DNA from: Octopus sinensis
Lineage: Eukaryota
Assembly (NCBI RefSeq): GCF_006345805.1
Contig: NC_043007.1
Location: 76,198,001-76,262,000, forward strand
Length of the DNA stretch: 64,000 nt
Reading direction: 5' to 3'
Part shown: one piece after another, positions 43,238 through 56,444 of the stretch
Layout: the number at the start of each line of letters is the position of its first letter
Position numbering within the stretch: position 1 is the stretch's first letter
Made by a program: the position numbers and the translations under genes
The notes under the pieces: model-generated
Databases searched by the model: none
What the model saw: the letters and a program-made list of their open reading frames with translations, nothing else
What the model was told of the DNA's origin: nothing

Positions 43238-44542
43238 AATGCATACATACATACATAGTTTGCTGTTCTGTAAAGTTAAGATAGACAGTAAATGTATTGC
43301 ATTCATTGAGAGATTTAATATGCATTGAATCTTAGAAAGAGCTATTAATATTTTGATGCCAGTAAGAAACGTGGTTACACTGGCTTTAAGAACATGCCTT
43401 CAATCTCCAAGCAATCTCAACCTGTGAGCTCAAGACAATGGTCCATGGAAAACCAACAGAAAAAAATGGGATAGTTGACGCAAAAAATAATTAATGGTCA
43501 ATTTCCTTATTTTCATAAATCAATTAAGAATGACAGAAGTCCGAAGCAATTTTTGACACCACTGGCCTCTAATATATATGTAAATAGCTATTGTGGTATA
43601 TTGTTCAATGGTTGATGTATATGATACAGACGAATTCTGGAGAGAAATAAAGGGCATCAAGACTCAAATGCATAAATTCCTTTCGAAAATATGCATATTA
43701 ATAGCATGTTAGAAATTATATAGATAATAATGATAAGTATAATAGAAAATAAAAAAAAGAGATAAGCCAAACCACAGGATACAATATATACATAGATTAC
43801 CTAATTATCTTTCATCTATTATAGGTAATCTAGTTAGAAATATTTCTCCCAGTATTTTTTAATTGTCGGCTAACAAACAACTAGTAAACTATAACGAAAA
43901 GTATTGGGTATCATGGATAAGATTAAGTACATTCCTCTAGAGGAAAAATCAATATTCTTCATAGACAAAGAAATTGTAATAATAATTCATACAATCTTTT
44001 TATTCAAATCCGATAAAGGAAAGCATTCTATGTAAATTAAAATTTGATTTACGGACTACCAAAACTCATATCACGACTGATAGTTATGTCTATAAATTCG
44101 TAACAACTGAATAGGAAAATATCAAAATTACAAGCCCAGATAATTATGAACGTGTAGGCTGATAATAAACAGTTTTTCCTGTAAAGCTAACACAAACAAT
44201 AAATACATCAAATAATATAACAATAAAGAGGATGAACCTAGGATTATATGCAAAAAGAAACCCGAATTTAACCTAGTTAGTTATTCTGTATATAATATTG
44301 GAAAGGATACAACTGGTCCTCATTGAATATATATAGTTCAGTATAACTTCAGATGATGGTATGAAGTTAATGGTATTGGAGGTAGAAGTAGTAAAATTAT
44401 AGGAGAATGATTAACATTCTCTGATGATAACAAGGAATGAAGTATTTTTAAAGTGTAGACCTACAGATAAATAAGACATACAGGGACGTATACCATTATA
44501 TCATCATTTACTTGGAAAAAGATGTTAAGTTGAATATGTTAC

Positions 44543-44625
44543 CTGAGACAAGGTGATCATGGAATGCACTTAACTATCACAGTCATTCGGCTGCGTCTTG
44601 GTAATTCCATAATTAATTTATACAT
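44543..44625 (-). other. Candidate 83-nt exon (copy A at 3118-3200)
   Basis: Acceptor atttctattatttacag and donor cag|gtaaca. Open in one frame in copy A (VHRLIMELPRRSRMTVIIRGIPRSPCL); that frame has a stop in copy B. Confidence 0.35.
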
Positions 44626-44959
44626 CTGTAAATAATAGAAATGATATAAGCCATGTAAACAATGATTGGCATCTATTTTGAAACAGATTTCCTACATTTA
44701 ATGTTACGAAATTGTTGTAAACAGACAATATGCGACAAAAAAAATGTACTTCGTGGTAAACCGAAAAACGTATTCATGTATTCCTATAATGATACTACAG
44801 CACTTATACTGACTGTGACACTGAACTTTACTTAAGAAGTGAATTGATTGAATTGATCATTGCAAGCACATCGTTCATTAGTGATTTATATATTTTCTTG
44901 TGAATGTTTTCAGGGGTAATTTTCTAGATATGCTGTTCATGGAACGACTGTTTACTCAC

Positions 44960-45039
44960 CACAAGACATCCTCTAATGAACAGATTGTTTCTACAGAGTC
45001 TGGTATCCGAAGAGCAATATAGCCTCCTCACAGTTATGT
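44960..45039 (-). other. Candidate 80-nt exon (copy A at 3536-3615, donor mutated)
   Basis: Acceptor gtttttcag and donor gtg|gtgagt. One open frame: ITVRRLYCSSDTRLCRNNLFIRGCLV. Confidence 0.4.
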
Positions 45040-45602
45040 CTGAAAAACTTTTAATTCTAATTATTTATAAAATATTCTGATATTTTCACCCACCTTTGCA
45101 TTATATACACATAGCAATGCACTTGTGAATTCTTACGACGGGGGTATATGGAATCCTAGTTTGTCGGGATTACATGTACACATATCCAGGCGCTCGCATA
45201 TACATTACACAAACGTACATGTAAACACACGATACAAAGACATACATTCAGGTGCAACAATATGTCTGTCCATATTAATACATGCAGGACGTATGTATGT
45301 ATGCATGTATGTATGTATGTATGTATGTATGTATGTATATATGTATTTATTATGTATGTATGTATGTATGTATGTATGTATGTATGTATGCATGTATATA
45401 TGTATACGTAAGTATTTATCAGTGAATGCTTTTTCTATAAACAAAAATCGTTTGTATGTGCAAACATGGTTGTACCGGATGTACACGCATAGTTTCTTTT
45501 GCGTATAACGTTATGCATGACAACTAATTATTTGCGTGTACATCCATATACACACGATGTCAATCTATTTACTTTTTATATTTTTATACTTATGTAAATA
45601 GA

Positions 45603-46325
45603 CTAGCAAACACACCTGTCCTTTGGACAGTTTAAGTTGCTATTTGAAACAATGGACAGCAGTCGAAATATCATAATGGCTGGGTAAAGAAGCATCTTTA
45701 ATGTTAAACAACGGTATCAAAGGTAAAAAAAAGGTATCACCAGTCGGAAGAGAGGGAAGGGAACATCACCTTTCAAATAACTCTGAATAGGTATAGGTAA
45801 GCTTGCCAAAGTTTAATGTAGTTTGAATATGTAGATTAAGTTAGTTTGGTATTGGATATTCATCACGTATAGTTTTCCTAGTCAACTGAATCACCGTCGT
45901 AAGTGGACAACAGAAATAAATGGACGAAATCCTTTCACTTTTATAAAAAGATTAAAAAGAAAATGAGGGCAAAAGGCACTCGTCTTTTCACAATGAAAAA
46001 TCGTTTCGCAGTAGCCGGAATTTCGCGACAAATTGTATGTTTATTAAGCACAACAGCCTGCAGTGCATGCCGCTAGGCATTAAAAGCCAATCGTACAAAC
46101 CTAGAAGGGTTCTAGGCCCCCTTGAATCGATAAAAAATCACTTTTTCCCAAAGCAACCACATCATTATAATTTGCGAATTTTAACCGTCGCGGCTCTCAT
46201 CCAAACCACGCATTTAGTATCCCTGCTAATTTTCAGCTCGATCCTAGCTTAGGGTGTGCCGCCATTAACCGTCAAAGCGAAATGTGCATACAATTTTCGT
46301 CCAAGGACTGTTTTATAGATATAGA
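45603..46325 (-). mobile_element. Non-autonomous Helitron, copy B
   Basis: Same termini as 4153-4859. Confidence 0.75.
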
Positions 46326-49035
46326 AAATATAAGGCTACTGTTGTTCCCTTATTATTATCTCCCTACACTACATATAACTCTAATTCCACCACAATTATA
46401 CTCAACTACTTTTCATTATTATTAAATACAACTTTCCACACCATTCCATAGATATTATATATATTTTATATATATAGATATTATATATGTTTTTAGCAGC
46501 GGATAATGTAAATAAATTTTCTCGCGTCTTCAATAATTTTAATTTCTTATTTTTAATTCTTATTTAAAATTTTATTTTTTATTTTTATTTTTGTCTTATT
46601 AACTGTCTACAACTTCATAGATACGTAATATTACACTTACTTTTTCTGTAAAAATTGGACATAATATTTACAAGTCATTTTAATTATACATACATCTACC
46701 ATCCTGTTTCCGCAGCCTTTCCCTTCGACGATTCTTTACAAACAATACACAATGCTTCAGGCAAACTACAATACTCTCCTATCTCTACGCCTGGGCCAGG
46801 CCGAGTTCGCGACCGATAGGGAATTGATCAAGCTATCTGAGAAACGTGCAAATTTCGGATGCCAAATAAACTTTCTTAAACGCTGCTTAAAAATCAACAT
46901 GATTCCCAACACCATCAGGATCATACATCTACCCTCGTACTTCCTTGCCCTTCGACGATTCATTACAAACAATACACTATGCTTCAAGCGAACTACAATA
47001 CTCTCCTATATTAATTATTAATTTTATATACCAGAAACCATATATGGTTACTATCAAGCACTTTTTTCTAATTAATTACTAAACCGTACTGATTATTGAC
47101 GGTTAAACATATATCCTAGTCTCTAGTATTTCATAATTCTTTATTTCCTTATTTGGTTTGTCTTTTCCTTAAAATACTGTCTCACCATTTTTTACTTCAT
47201 ATATGGGAGTTTTAAATTAGCTCCTTTATACAAATCTATTGAGAGTATATTATCCTTATTAGTATTATATATATCAACACCCAAGTGTTATCTTTTCGTC
47301 TAGTTTAAATAGACATGACTCCAAGAACAATAACACATTACAAAAGGAGTAATAACACCATACCTATGTAATTATAACGTCTTTTTAGCTATTTTCTTAT
47401 TTTTGGGTTACTGACCAGTACGTTTTGGCAACTCAGATTTTTAAAATGAATTTAATGCCTTTTTGGACGAAGCGATCGTATAGTTACATGAATAAAAAAA
47501 CATCATCCATATTAACATCTAATCTCCTCCGTTTACGCAAAATATGAATGAATTTGTTGAAATTTGTTTAATAAGTTAAATCTTTTACTTAATGTATCTA
47601 TATAACTTTTTATATCTACGCTAATTTACACTAGAAAATTCAAAGTAAAATATGAAGAAACAATGTTAGAAATCTTTTTGGAAATTACTCCAATTAAAGG
47701 ACGAATTCGCATTATCGTTTGGTTAGGCTTTAAAAGGTCAAAGTGGACTAAACTTGTCATATCCCACCAAACATAACACAAAACCTTACGTGGGTGCTTA
47801 ATGTCATCGGTGCTTGACATTTTTATAGAGAACCCATTTCTTGTCACCAGTCACTATTCGGTGGGAAAACGGTTCATTCGTGAGACGTGACAGAAAATAA
47901 GAGCACATAAGCACTCTCTGCGCGCGATTAGATTCGGGAAGTTTGTGAAGAACCTGTTGACCCAATTTGCTGACTTTTCCAATAGCCAAATCCAAGCTTC
48001 TCTGCTAGTTTCTCAATAGTTATGATGGGATTTTTTTCTACCAGGGTTTGCAGGACGTCCTCATCGAGCTCAACAGATATTCCAGGATGAGGCTCGTCTT
48101 CTAGGCTGTGGGTTCCGGCTCAGAATTTCTAGAACTACCGTTGACACTGGCTTATGCTTATTGTCTGATTCTATATACTAGATTAATATTCTTCGCGTTT
48201 TCAGTTGCATTGTTGCCTTTATTTAACTCATAAAGCAAAATATGCCGAATATGAAGTCTGAAGTGTTTTGGCTAGTATATCTTTCATAATAATTCGAAAT
48301 TAGCTACGCAGAAAAAAAATAATGCAATTTCTCTGGATTAGTTGTGCTCTTCCTCTCGACGAGATTACACATGACACAAATATTTGTAACTGGTATTCAC
48401 GAAAAACCATCAGAGAAAGCTTCAGGTCAAATTATAAATTCTCACCAATATAATAAGTATATTCCTAAAGTATCTTTTGTTTGATTCAGAACTATGTTTA
48501 TTGACTTACATACATTTATTAACCATAACCTAGTGACGTTTATGAATGATCTCCTAAAAAGATGTAAGGCATCATATTCTCAAGTTAAATATAACAATGA
48601 AGGGTTGCGTTCATAACTTTCACCAAAGTTTTGGAACAACTTCAAATACAAATCGGAACACGACTTCTGTAATTGGCATTTATAGATTTTGTAATCTCAC
48701 TGTCCCACATCTAGGGTATTATTCCAATAAATATTTGTATGTACAATTTGCACAAAAATGAATTGCGATTCATTAAAGTAAGTTCTATCTATGTCTTATT
48801 GTAGGAATTTCGTCTAACCGAACGTTCAATGGGATTGAAACCAGAATGTACTAAAGAGCTAACGAAATTTTAATTGCTACAACAAAGTGTGTCTAATGAT
48901 TCACCGATTCTGCCATACAAAAATACACACATATATTCTGATTCATAATCTCACTAGAATCTAATGCAGATATTTGTCATGTAAGAGAATATCAAAGGAA
49001 TATCACAAGATACGAGAAATGCAAAAACGTCTTAC

Positions 49036-49098
49036 TGGATTAAAGTCACTTGAAAATCCTTCTGATGTATTGAAATTCTCGGATAAGCTCTGGAAAAT
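49036..49098 (-). other. Candidate 63-nt exon, paralog 1 (copy A at 7620-7682, donor mutated)
   Basis: Acceptor tcatttccttttcaacag and donor gtaaga. Reads FSRAYPRISIHQKDFQVTLI. Confidence 0.5.
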
Positions 49099-51229
49099 CT
49101 GTTGAAAAGGAAATGATCTTCTGCTTTCAAGTAGATCAAAACTTACGTTTTATACAGGTTAAATAGTGCCAAAGGAACAAAACGGCATTAATTAAATTCA
49201 ATAGTTAGTCTATTAGGCGCAGTTGTGGCTAATAAGTAGCTTCTTCCCAGTCACATAATTCCGAGTTCAGTCCTACTTCATGGCACCTTGGACATGTTTT
49301 CTACTACAGTTTCGGGCCGACCATAACCTTGTGAGTGGATTTAGTAGACGGAAACCAAAAGAAGCTCGTCGTATATATATATATCTTCTTTATGTATGTG
49401 TGTGTTTGTATGTGTGTGTGTGTGTCCCACACCACCATTACCACCACCATCACTTGATAACAGCTGCTGGTGAGTTTATGTAACTTAGCGGTTCGGCAAA
49501 AGAGACCAACATAATAAGTACTAGGCTTACAAAGAATAAGACATGGGGTTTATTTCTTTGACTAAAACACTTTAAGGCGGTACTCCAGCATGGCCACAGT
49601 CAAATGATTGAAACAAATAAAAGAACATCATGAAAAGTTGACTAACAATGATAGCACGTTGTCACTTATGTGATACTGGGGAGATGTGGAGCATATATTT
49701 TAGGATTTAAACATGAGTTTGTTCACATTCTAAAATGATTTTACTCGAAAATCATTCTCAGAAATTAAGCAAGTTATTTAGAGCATTTAACATATATAGT
49801 AAAATGGTTAGAATGGTAAATCAAATCAGCTAATATTTTATATAGTGACAAAAGAATGGCGTACTCGAATATACACAAAGTATCAAACTGATGTTGTTTT
49901 CCGTACATAGAAAAGGCACATCTAATGAATATACGAGATGGTATGACAAAGATCACGGACTTTGTCATACCATCTCGCATATTCGTTCTGTAGCGCGCCA
50001 ACGAATAACACACAGTTGCGTGTGCAGTGAGAGCTAACACTGACTTTCATGAGGCAGTGCGCCGAGTGATACCTATTTCTTTATTGCCCACAAGAGGCTA
50101 AACACAGAGGGGACAAACAAGGACAGACATAGGTATTAAGTCGATTAGATCGACCCCACACAATATATTTCACTACTGTGCAGTCTGACCCTATGAGTTT
50201 CGCTTTCCATCGCCTGTTTTTGCCGAAAAAGTGAAGGAATGGAATTGCTAACATCAAAAAACATTTAGTACGTTTTGTGTGCGCATCTTGTTAAAAGGCC
50301 TCAGTTGGTCAACTGCTACCAGTTTTTTACCGTATACTCAGAAAAGTCATATTGGTGTGAGAACTTCAGTAAGCGCGGAGTGTATTCTACTAAACCTCTC
50401 CATCCAATCCACATACTTGGCAATCTCTCATCAATATAGACCATTACATCACTATGGTAGTGTGGAGTTGCGCTATACACCTGGAAATAAACTCTAGTTT
50501 CAAAGTCCTCTTCAATACTTTGCATTACATATTTTGCAGCAAGTTCAAGCAAATGGAACCAGTTAGAGTGAAAAATGAATGTTCCAATTAATCTTATTCA
50601 TGATAAGTCTCACCTTAACGTAAGTCTTGCATTTTATTATGATGTTCCTCCACAATGCCCAAATGCTCAGGCTTTGTAGAAACAATTATGGTGATTAGTT
50701 GAACTCTTTCATTTATATGTAATACCATCAGTCCAAATATTATCCTTAGAAAGTGGGTACCTTCCACCCATCTTGCCAAGTACAACAAGCAAAACCCTAT
50801 ACTTCGGGCCGGCTCATATCAATTAAAGCACTATAAATTTCGATGGATACTTGAGAAATTCCTATCTCACGACTGTTTGCCGTAAGAACTGTGACGATAC
50901 GCTTCTTCTTGTACACTTTCTTACTTTGCGAGCCCATCGATGAGTACCGTCGACTGGAAAGTTTCATGCAGACATTCTGAACATTTCCACCAGTATACTT
51001 ATCTGTAATTCGAATACTGCTGAGTCGCGTCCGTGGGTCTGTTTGACATACTTTACAAAATTACCTTTGCACTTCGATTATTTTATAATAATCATAAATT
51101 ATTCGTAAATAATTAAGTTCAACCAGTGACCCAAACACCGTCTTTTACAGTATCTGTAAATAGTTATATTGTACAATGTAAATTCTCCAGTATATATATT
51201 TATATATAAGTATTTTGTCGTTGGTATTA

Positions 51230-51905
51230 GGCGGCGAGATGGCAGAAACGTTAGCACTGGGGTCGATCTAATCGACTTAATTCCTTTGTCTGACCTAATT
51301 TGTCCCGTCTATGTTTAGCCACTTGTGGGCAATAAAGAAATAAGAAACGATAGCACTCCAGGCGAAATGCTAAGCGGTATTTCGTCTGCCGTTACGTTCT
51401 GAGTTCAAATTCCGCCGAGGTCGACTTTGCCTTTCAGCATTTCGGGGTCGATAAATTAAGTACCAGTTACGCACTGGGGTCGATCTAATCGACTTAATCC
51501 GTTTGTCTATCCTTGTTTGTTCTCTCTGTGTTTAGCCTCTTGTGGGTAGCAAAGAAATAGGTATTTCGTCTGCCGTACGTTCTGAGTTAAATTCCGCCGA
51601 GGTCAACTTTGCGTTTCATCCTTTCGGGGTCGATTAAATAAGTACCAATTACGCACTGGGGTCGATATAATAGACTTAATCCGATTGTCTGTCCTTGTTT
51701 GTCCCTTCTGTGTGTAGCCCCTTGTGGACTGTAAAGAAATAGGTATTTCGTCTGTCTATTTTCTGAGTTCAAATTCCAGCGAGGTTTGACTTTTCCTTTC
51801 ATCCTATCAGGGTCGTTAAATTAAGTACCTATTGCGTACTGGGGTCGATCTAATCGACTGGCCCCCTCCCCAAAATTTCGGGCCATGAGCCTAATAGAAA
51901 AGAAT
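51230..51905 (+). mobile_element. Nested/tandem array of SINE family 1 copies
   Basis: The SINE 3' body occurs four times. Junction duplications agaaacg.tagcact and ggtatttcgtctg. Confidence 0.92.
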
Positions 51906-52305
51906 ATTTTGTCATCGATATAATTTATGATGATAGGATGATAAACGTGACAAATCCTGTAAATTAGTGAACAATATATCAATTTAATTATTACCTCAAG
52001 TGATGGCAAAGGGGAAAATAAATAATAAGCATATGTAGTTTTATTTAAAAAATAAAGACATCCAAATATAAGGAAAGAAACATGTTAGTGAAGAGAGTGA
52101 TGTGTTTTCTCAGCTGTAATAGACTATACTTATTTTTCAATAACATATTCATCACATGAAATGGTGAGTAATAGCATGTTAATGGGAACGAGAATATCAC
52201 TTGATACGAAATTTATTTCTATAAAATTTATAACTTCGAAAAATTGCGATGATTTATAAAAAGTGACATACAAAATGAAAGGAAAGATATTAAAAAACAA
52301 CTTAC

Positions 52306-52368
52306 TTCCGGACGGTTAGCCAAAGGAAATTCTGTTGACGGTAGAACAGGCTCCAAATTCTTGAGAAT
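52306..52368 (-). other. Candidate 63-nt exon, paralog 2
   Basis: Acceptor tcatttctttctcaacag and donor gtaagt. Reads FSRIWSLFYRQQNFLWLTVR. Confidence 0.55.
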
Positions 52369-54771
52369 CTGTTGAGAAAGAAATGAACTTTTGTAGACAA
52401 TTTAAACGCAAAAGTTCATGAGTTAAATTATATAGTTACTCTTTCAGAAACACCTTACTGACACTGGTGGTATGCTGCTACTGGATATAAGTCGAAAGTA
52501 CTCTCTAAGATTGAAGCACAAGTTCGTTCATTTCAGTAATAATATTTGACAGGAGGTATACTTTCAGAAACTATGCACGTTATTTAGAACTTTATATATA
52601 CAGTTGAAATCATTTGCCCTGCAGATATCAACATAATATTAAAGGTTTTGAAAAATCTGCAAGTGCAAAAATTTTTAATTTGTACTAATAACTACTGAAG
52701 ATATTAACTGTGTGCCAAAGTGTAACGGTAATACACCTGAGAAGTTGGAAGTCACAAAACCAAAAATGTCACCTGCATTTAAATTTCGGCTCCTGGTCGT
52801 TAATGGTGATAAATTATGTAAAATATAATTCATATTTGCAATGCCATCCATTCCTGTATCAGTCATCTATTCCTGTATCAGTGCGTACATGTTCAGTTAC
52901 ATACATGGGCTTGAACAATACGTCGAGGAATTGACCCGAACAGGTTCTGAAATGTTTTAAGGGGAATTTTGAGTCATTCTTTAAGTAAACACATATCTAG
53001 CTCTTTCAAGCGACGATGGGACAGGGAAGCATCTCCTCTCCTGTTGCTCCAAAATTCTGCATAAATGTTCGTTTTTAGTGAGCTCCAGTGATCTCAATAT
53101 AATCGAACTGGGAATTTGAATGTAGTCATATCTCTCTAAAAGATAGAATATTTACCTTTCCTTTCAAATCTGCCATGGTAAATGAAATGAGAACGCAGAA
53201 AGTGAAAAGACATGCAGTCGTGCTACCACATTTACAGAACACAGTTATTTAGAAATAGGAAACTTCCTAAACGTAGCAAGATCTTTTCTACACAATGTCC
53301 CAATAAAATTAAAAGCATCGGGCGGGAATGTTTCAACTGTAGGAAACAGAAAAACTTCTAAGACTTCTAAATTCTCGGTCACCATATAAAACCACAATTC
53401 ATCCAACGGATTGAAAGCATTTTCCACGAACTGGGAACATCGAAGTGGACCACTGCTTAAGAACTTCAGATGTTAGAATGGATTATCAAAACATTCGTTG
53501 TACTGAGTTGCGGCCAATTCATATTTGCAAAAGCACAAATTAACCGTTTGATTTGTGCCAAGGCATACTTAACAAGGTTTAAAAAAAACCAAGAATATGC
53601 TATGCTTTTATTCTTCTCTGATTAGATAAACGTTGACTAAGGCCAAAAGTGTAACAGAGGAAATGACAGATGGTATGTCCAGATGCTTCTGATCTCTCTA
53701 CATTGAACTACTACGTTTGGAACGTTGTTAAAAGGGCGATTATTTGATATCTCTACAATGCCAATGCTATACGGAAGGTCTCTATTGCCTGCAGATTCCA
53801 CAGCATCTGTAGGTTCCACACAGAATGTATCTGCTTTTATTGAATGATGAGGACAAATTTCAACTATTCTCATGCTGAGCTTAGACCGATGAGTACTCAT
53901 GTGTTCATGTCAAGATATATGTAAACTTACCTTTCTTCATTTTATCTTTTAACTCATATCCTTACTAATTTTGTTTCCGGGTTTTTATTACTTTACTTTG
54001 TCATGTATTCACTGTGAAATATAGCCAGAGCCATTTACCGGTTATAACCCGGAAATTGTTTCTATCCTCTATCAGTATAGTCAACTACTTACTGGCGACT
54101 ACAACATGCCAAGCGAAACCAAGTATATTTAGCGAAGTATCTTATTTAAAACGAGACAGCCAACGAGATGCATTCTGCACTTAATGATGCAACGCAACTA
54201 GCTGTACAATGTCCTATCCGCAAGGGATGCAGGATGGGTCGAAACAATTGTTGTTTTCAATAATGATTTTTTACAACTCCATTTTCCGTTCCCCTCATTC
54301 ACTATAGACTCAACAAAAACGGCAGAATTCTCGACAAAGATCCAGTGACACTTATATCATAAGTGTGGATGACATCAGATACTCTAAACTGTGAAAGTCC
54401 TTTAATCAGAATACTATATACACAAGGTCCAAATAATTATTTGTTTGTTTGTGTGTGTGTGTGCATGAGTGTGTGTGCGTGGGTGCGTGCGTACGTGCGT
54501 GCGTGTTGTGTGTGTGTGTGTGTGTGCGTATTTTGTGTGTGTGTGAGTGTGATTGTATGTGTAATCATGTAAAATACCGAACAAAATGAATTTAGGTTGA
54601 ACCTGAAATACTGAGAAAAGTGAAAATAAATAAGCGTTAGTAATTTTATTTTAAAAATACATCCAAACCACTCTGGCTAAAGAAACCTGTCAGCCAAATT
54701 GTAAATAATTATAATAAATGTTAGATTAATGGTAAATTAAAATAAATGATAGAAATCCCAAAACGACTTAC

Positions 54772-54836
54772 GTCCGAGATGTTATGCACAATTGGTTCTG
54801 GTCTCGGGGTGATGACACGAGAAATTTCTTAATCGA
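54772..54836 (-). other. Candidate 65-nt exon, paralog 3
   Basis: Acceptor cattttctttctcaacag and donor gtaagt. Reads KKFLVSSPRDQNQLCITSR. Confidence 0.5.
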
Positions 54837-55209
54837 CTGTTGAGAAAGAAAATGTCTTTATTTTCAAGTGCATCATAGCAAAGGCTTTATAAGAGTGTAT
54901 GATGTACAAATTTACATACGAATATGAATTAAATCATATAGTTTCTCCTTTACAAACAGTCGACTAACGCTGTTAGCGCGCTGTGGATGATGTAACAGTC
55001 GAGAATCCATAAATACGCATATGTTCTCTTCAGTAATATCATTTTACTGGAGAAATACAATGAGAAATTAATCACATTGTTTAGAACAGTTCATATGCAA
55101 CATTATATATAAAGGAAATGATCACTGAAACCGGCAATTAGTGATAGTAAGAACATGTACTCGAATACATACAAAGTAGGACAGACATATTTCTATCTAT
55201 CTATCTATC

Positions 55210-55277
<68 letters not shown>

Positions 55278-55684
55278 GAAGAGACTGTTGTGCAGTTGAA
55301 ATGGCTTGCCCAAAAGCAGTCGACGTATTATATTAAAGCTTAGTCAGAAAGAGAACATCGGTGCCAAAGAGAATAGGAATTTTCAGGAGCTCCATCTGGG
55401 TTATAAATTCCTACCAATAACCATTGCAAAATTTATCTCCATAGCTAACTGCCTAAGTTCCAAAGTGAGGTGTTGGAATTCCACAAAACCTGAAAATATA
55501 CGTTTATTCAGAAGATTTCAGTTCCAAGCTGCCACAGGTACCGTCAAACTATATAAAATAGAAATAACATCAATGCCTGTGCCGTAGCATACATGTTCAC
55601 ACACACACACACACACACACACAGACATACACATACACACACACACACATACATACACGCACGCACACACACACACACAGACAT

Positions 55685-55735
<51 letters not shown>

Positions 55736-56390
55736 AATCTTTTGCGTAATGAGATAAAAACCAAGGTTATGTAGATAGAACATTTATAGATAGAAGGTTT
55801 GCAGGATATTTATTAATTATATCACGTCATCGGAGACGGTGTGAGAGGATACAAAATAGGGAGTGGGGTGGAGAAAAGAAAATAGATGTAAGATATGTAG
55901 GAATATTGAAGTTATAGATCCATTTTTTAGGCAGAATGGTATATATGTAAATTTCCAATACCCTATGGGTAAAATCCAACAGAATTTAAAATGGCTCCTT
56001 CCAATTATAGAGTTTATACACAATGTAAGATTCCAATACCTTATGAGTGAGATCCAGTGATGCCGGTGATTGACTACGTCGTGTGAATGGTGTATCATCC
56101 CCAAAAGCTTCTTTCATTTCATCGAAAATCTATTTTGGTGTACGATCTTTCTTGTATAAGAACTTGATCGCGGATGTGCATTCAACTTCCTCCATTATAA
56201 TACCTTAGTCCATTTCAGCAACCATAACAGACGGATGAATACCAGTGGAAAGCTGCAATTTACAATGTGACATCTAGAGACAAGTATGTTTACTTGTCAA
56301 GACCTGTTTGAGTTCCGTATCCGGCAATAACCGGAAGTGAGTCAAGGGAAATCTTTAATGAACACCCCTGGAGTGTGTGTGTGTGTGTGA

Positions 56391-56444
<54 letters not shown>

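Noticed and set aside
51230-51905. CRISPR-like repeat array
   Set aside because: The units are nested SINE fragments in eukaryotic DNA, with no unique spacers or cas genes.
44543-52368. Receptor tyrosine phosphatase identity for the exon candidates
   Set aside because: The resemblance is vague, with no KNRY, WPD or HCSAG motif, and the best-aligning frame of the 63-nt exons is a different one.
52675-53180. dUTPase-like fold in the broken minus-strand frames
   Set aside because: Only a loose N.S....GD pattern is present, without the conserved dUTPase motifs.
53931-54011. 81-nt minus-strand coding exon
   Set aside because: The splice signals are plausible, but all three frames contain stops, so it could only be UTR or a pseudo-exon.
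54175-54255. Additional hammerhead (hairpin followed by gaaacaattgtt)
   Set aside because: There is no convincing CUGANGA adjacent to the stem and no stem I.
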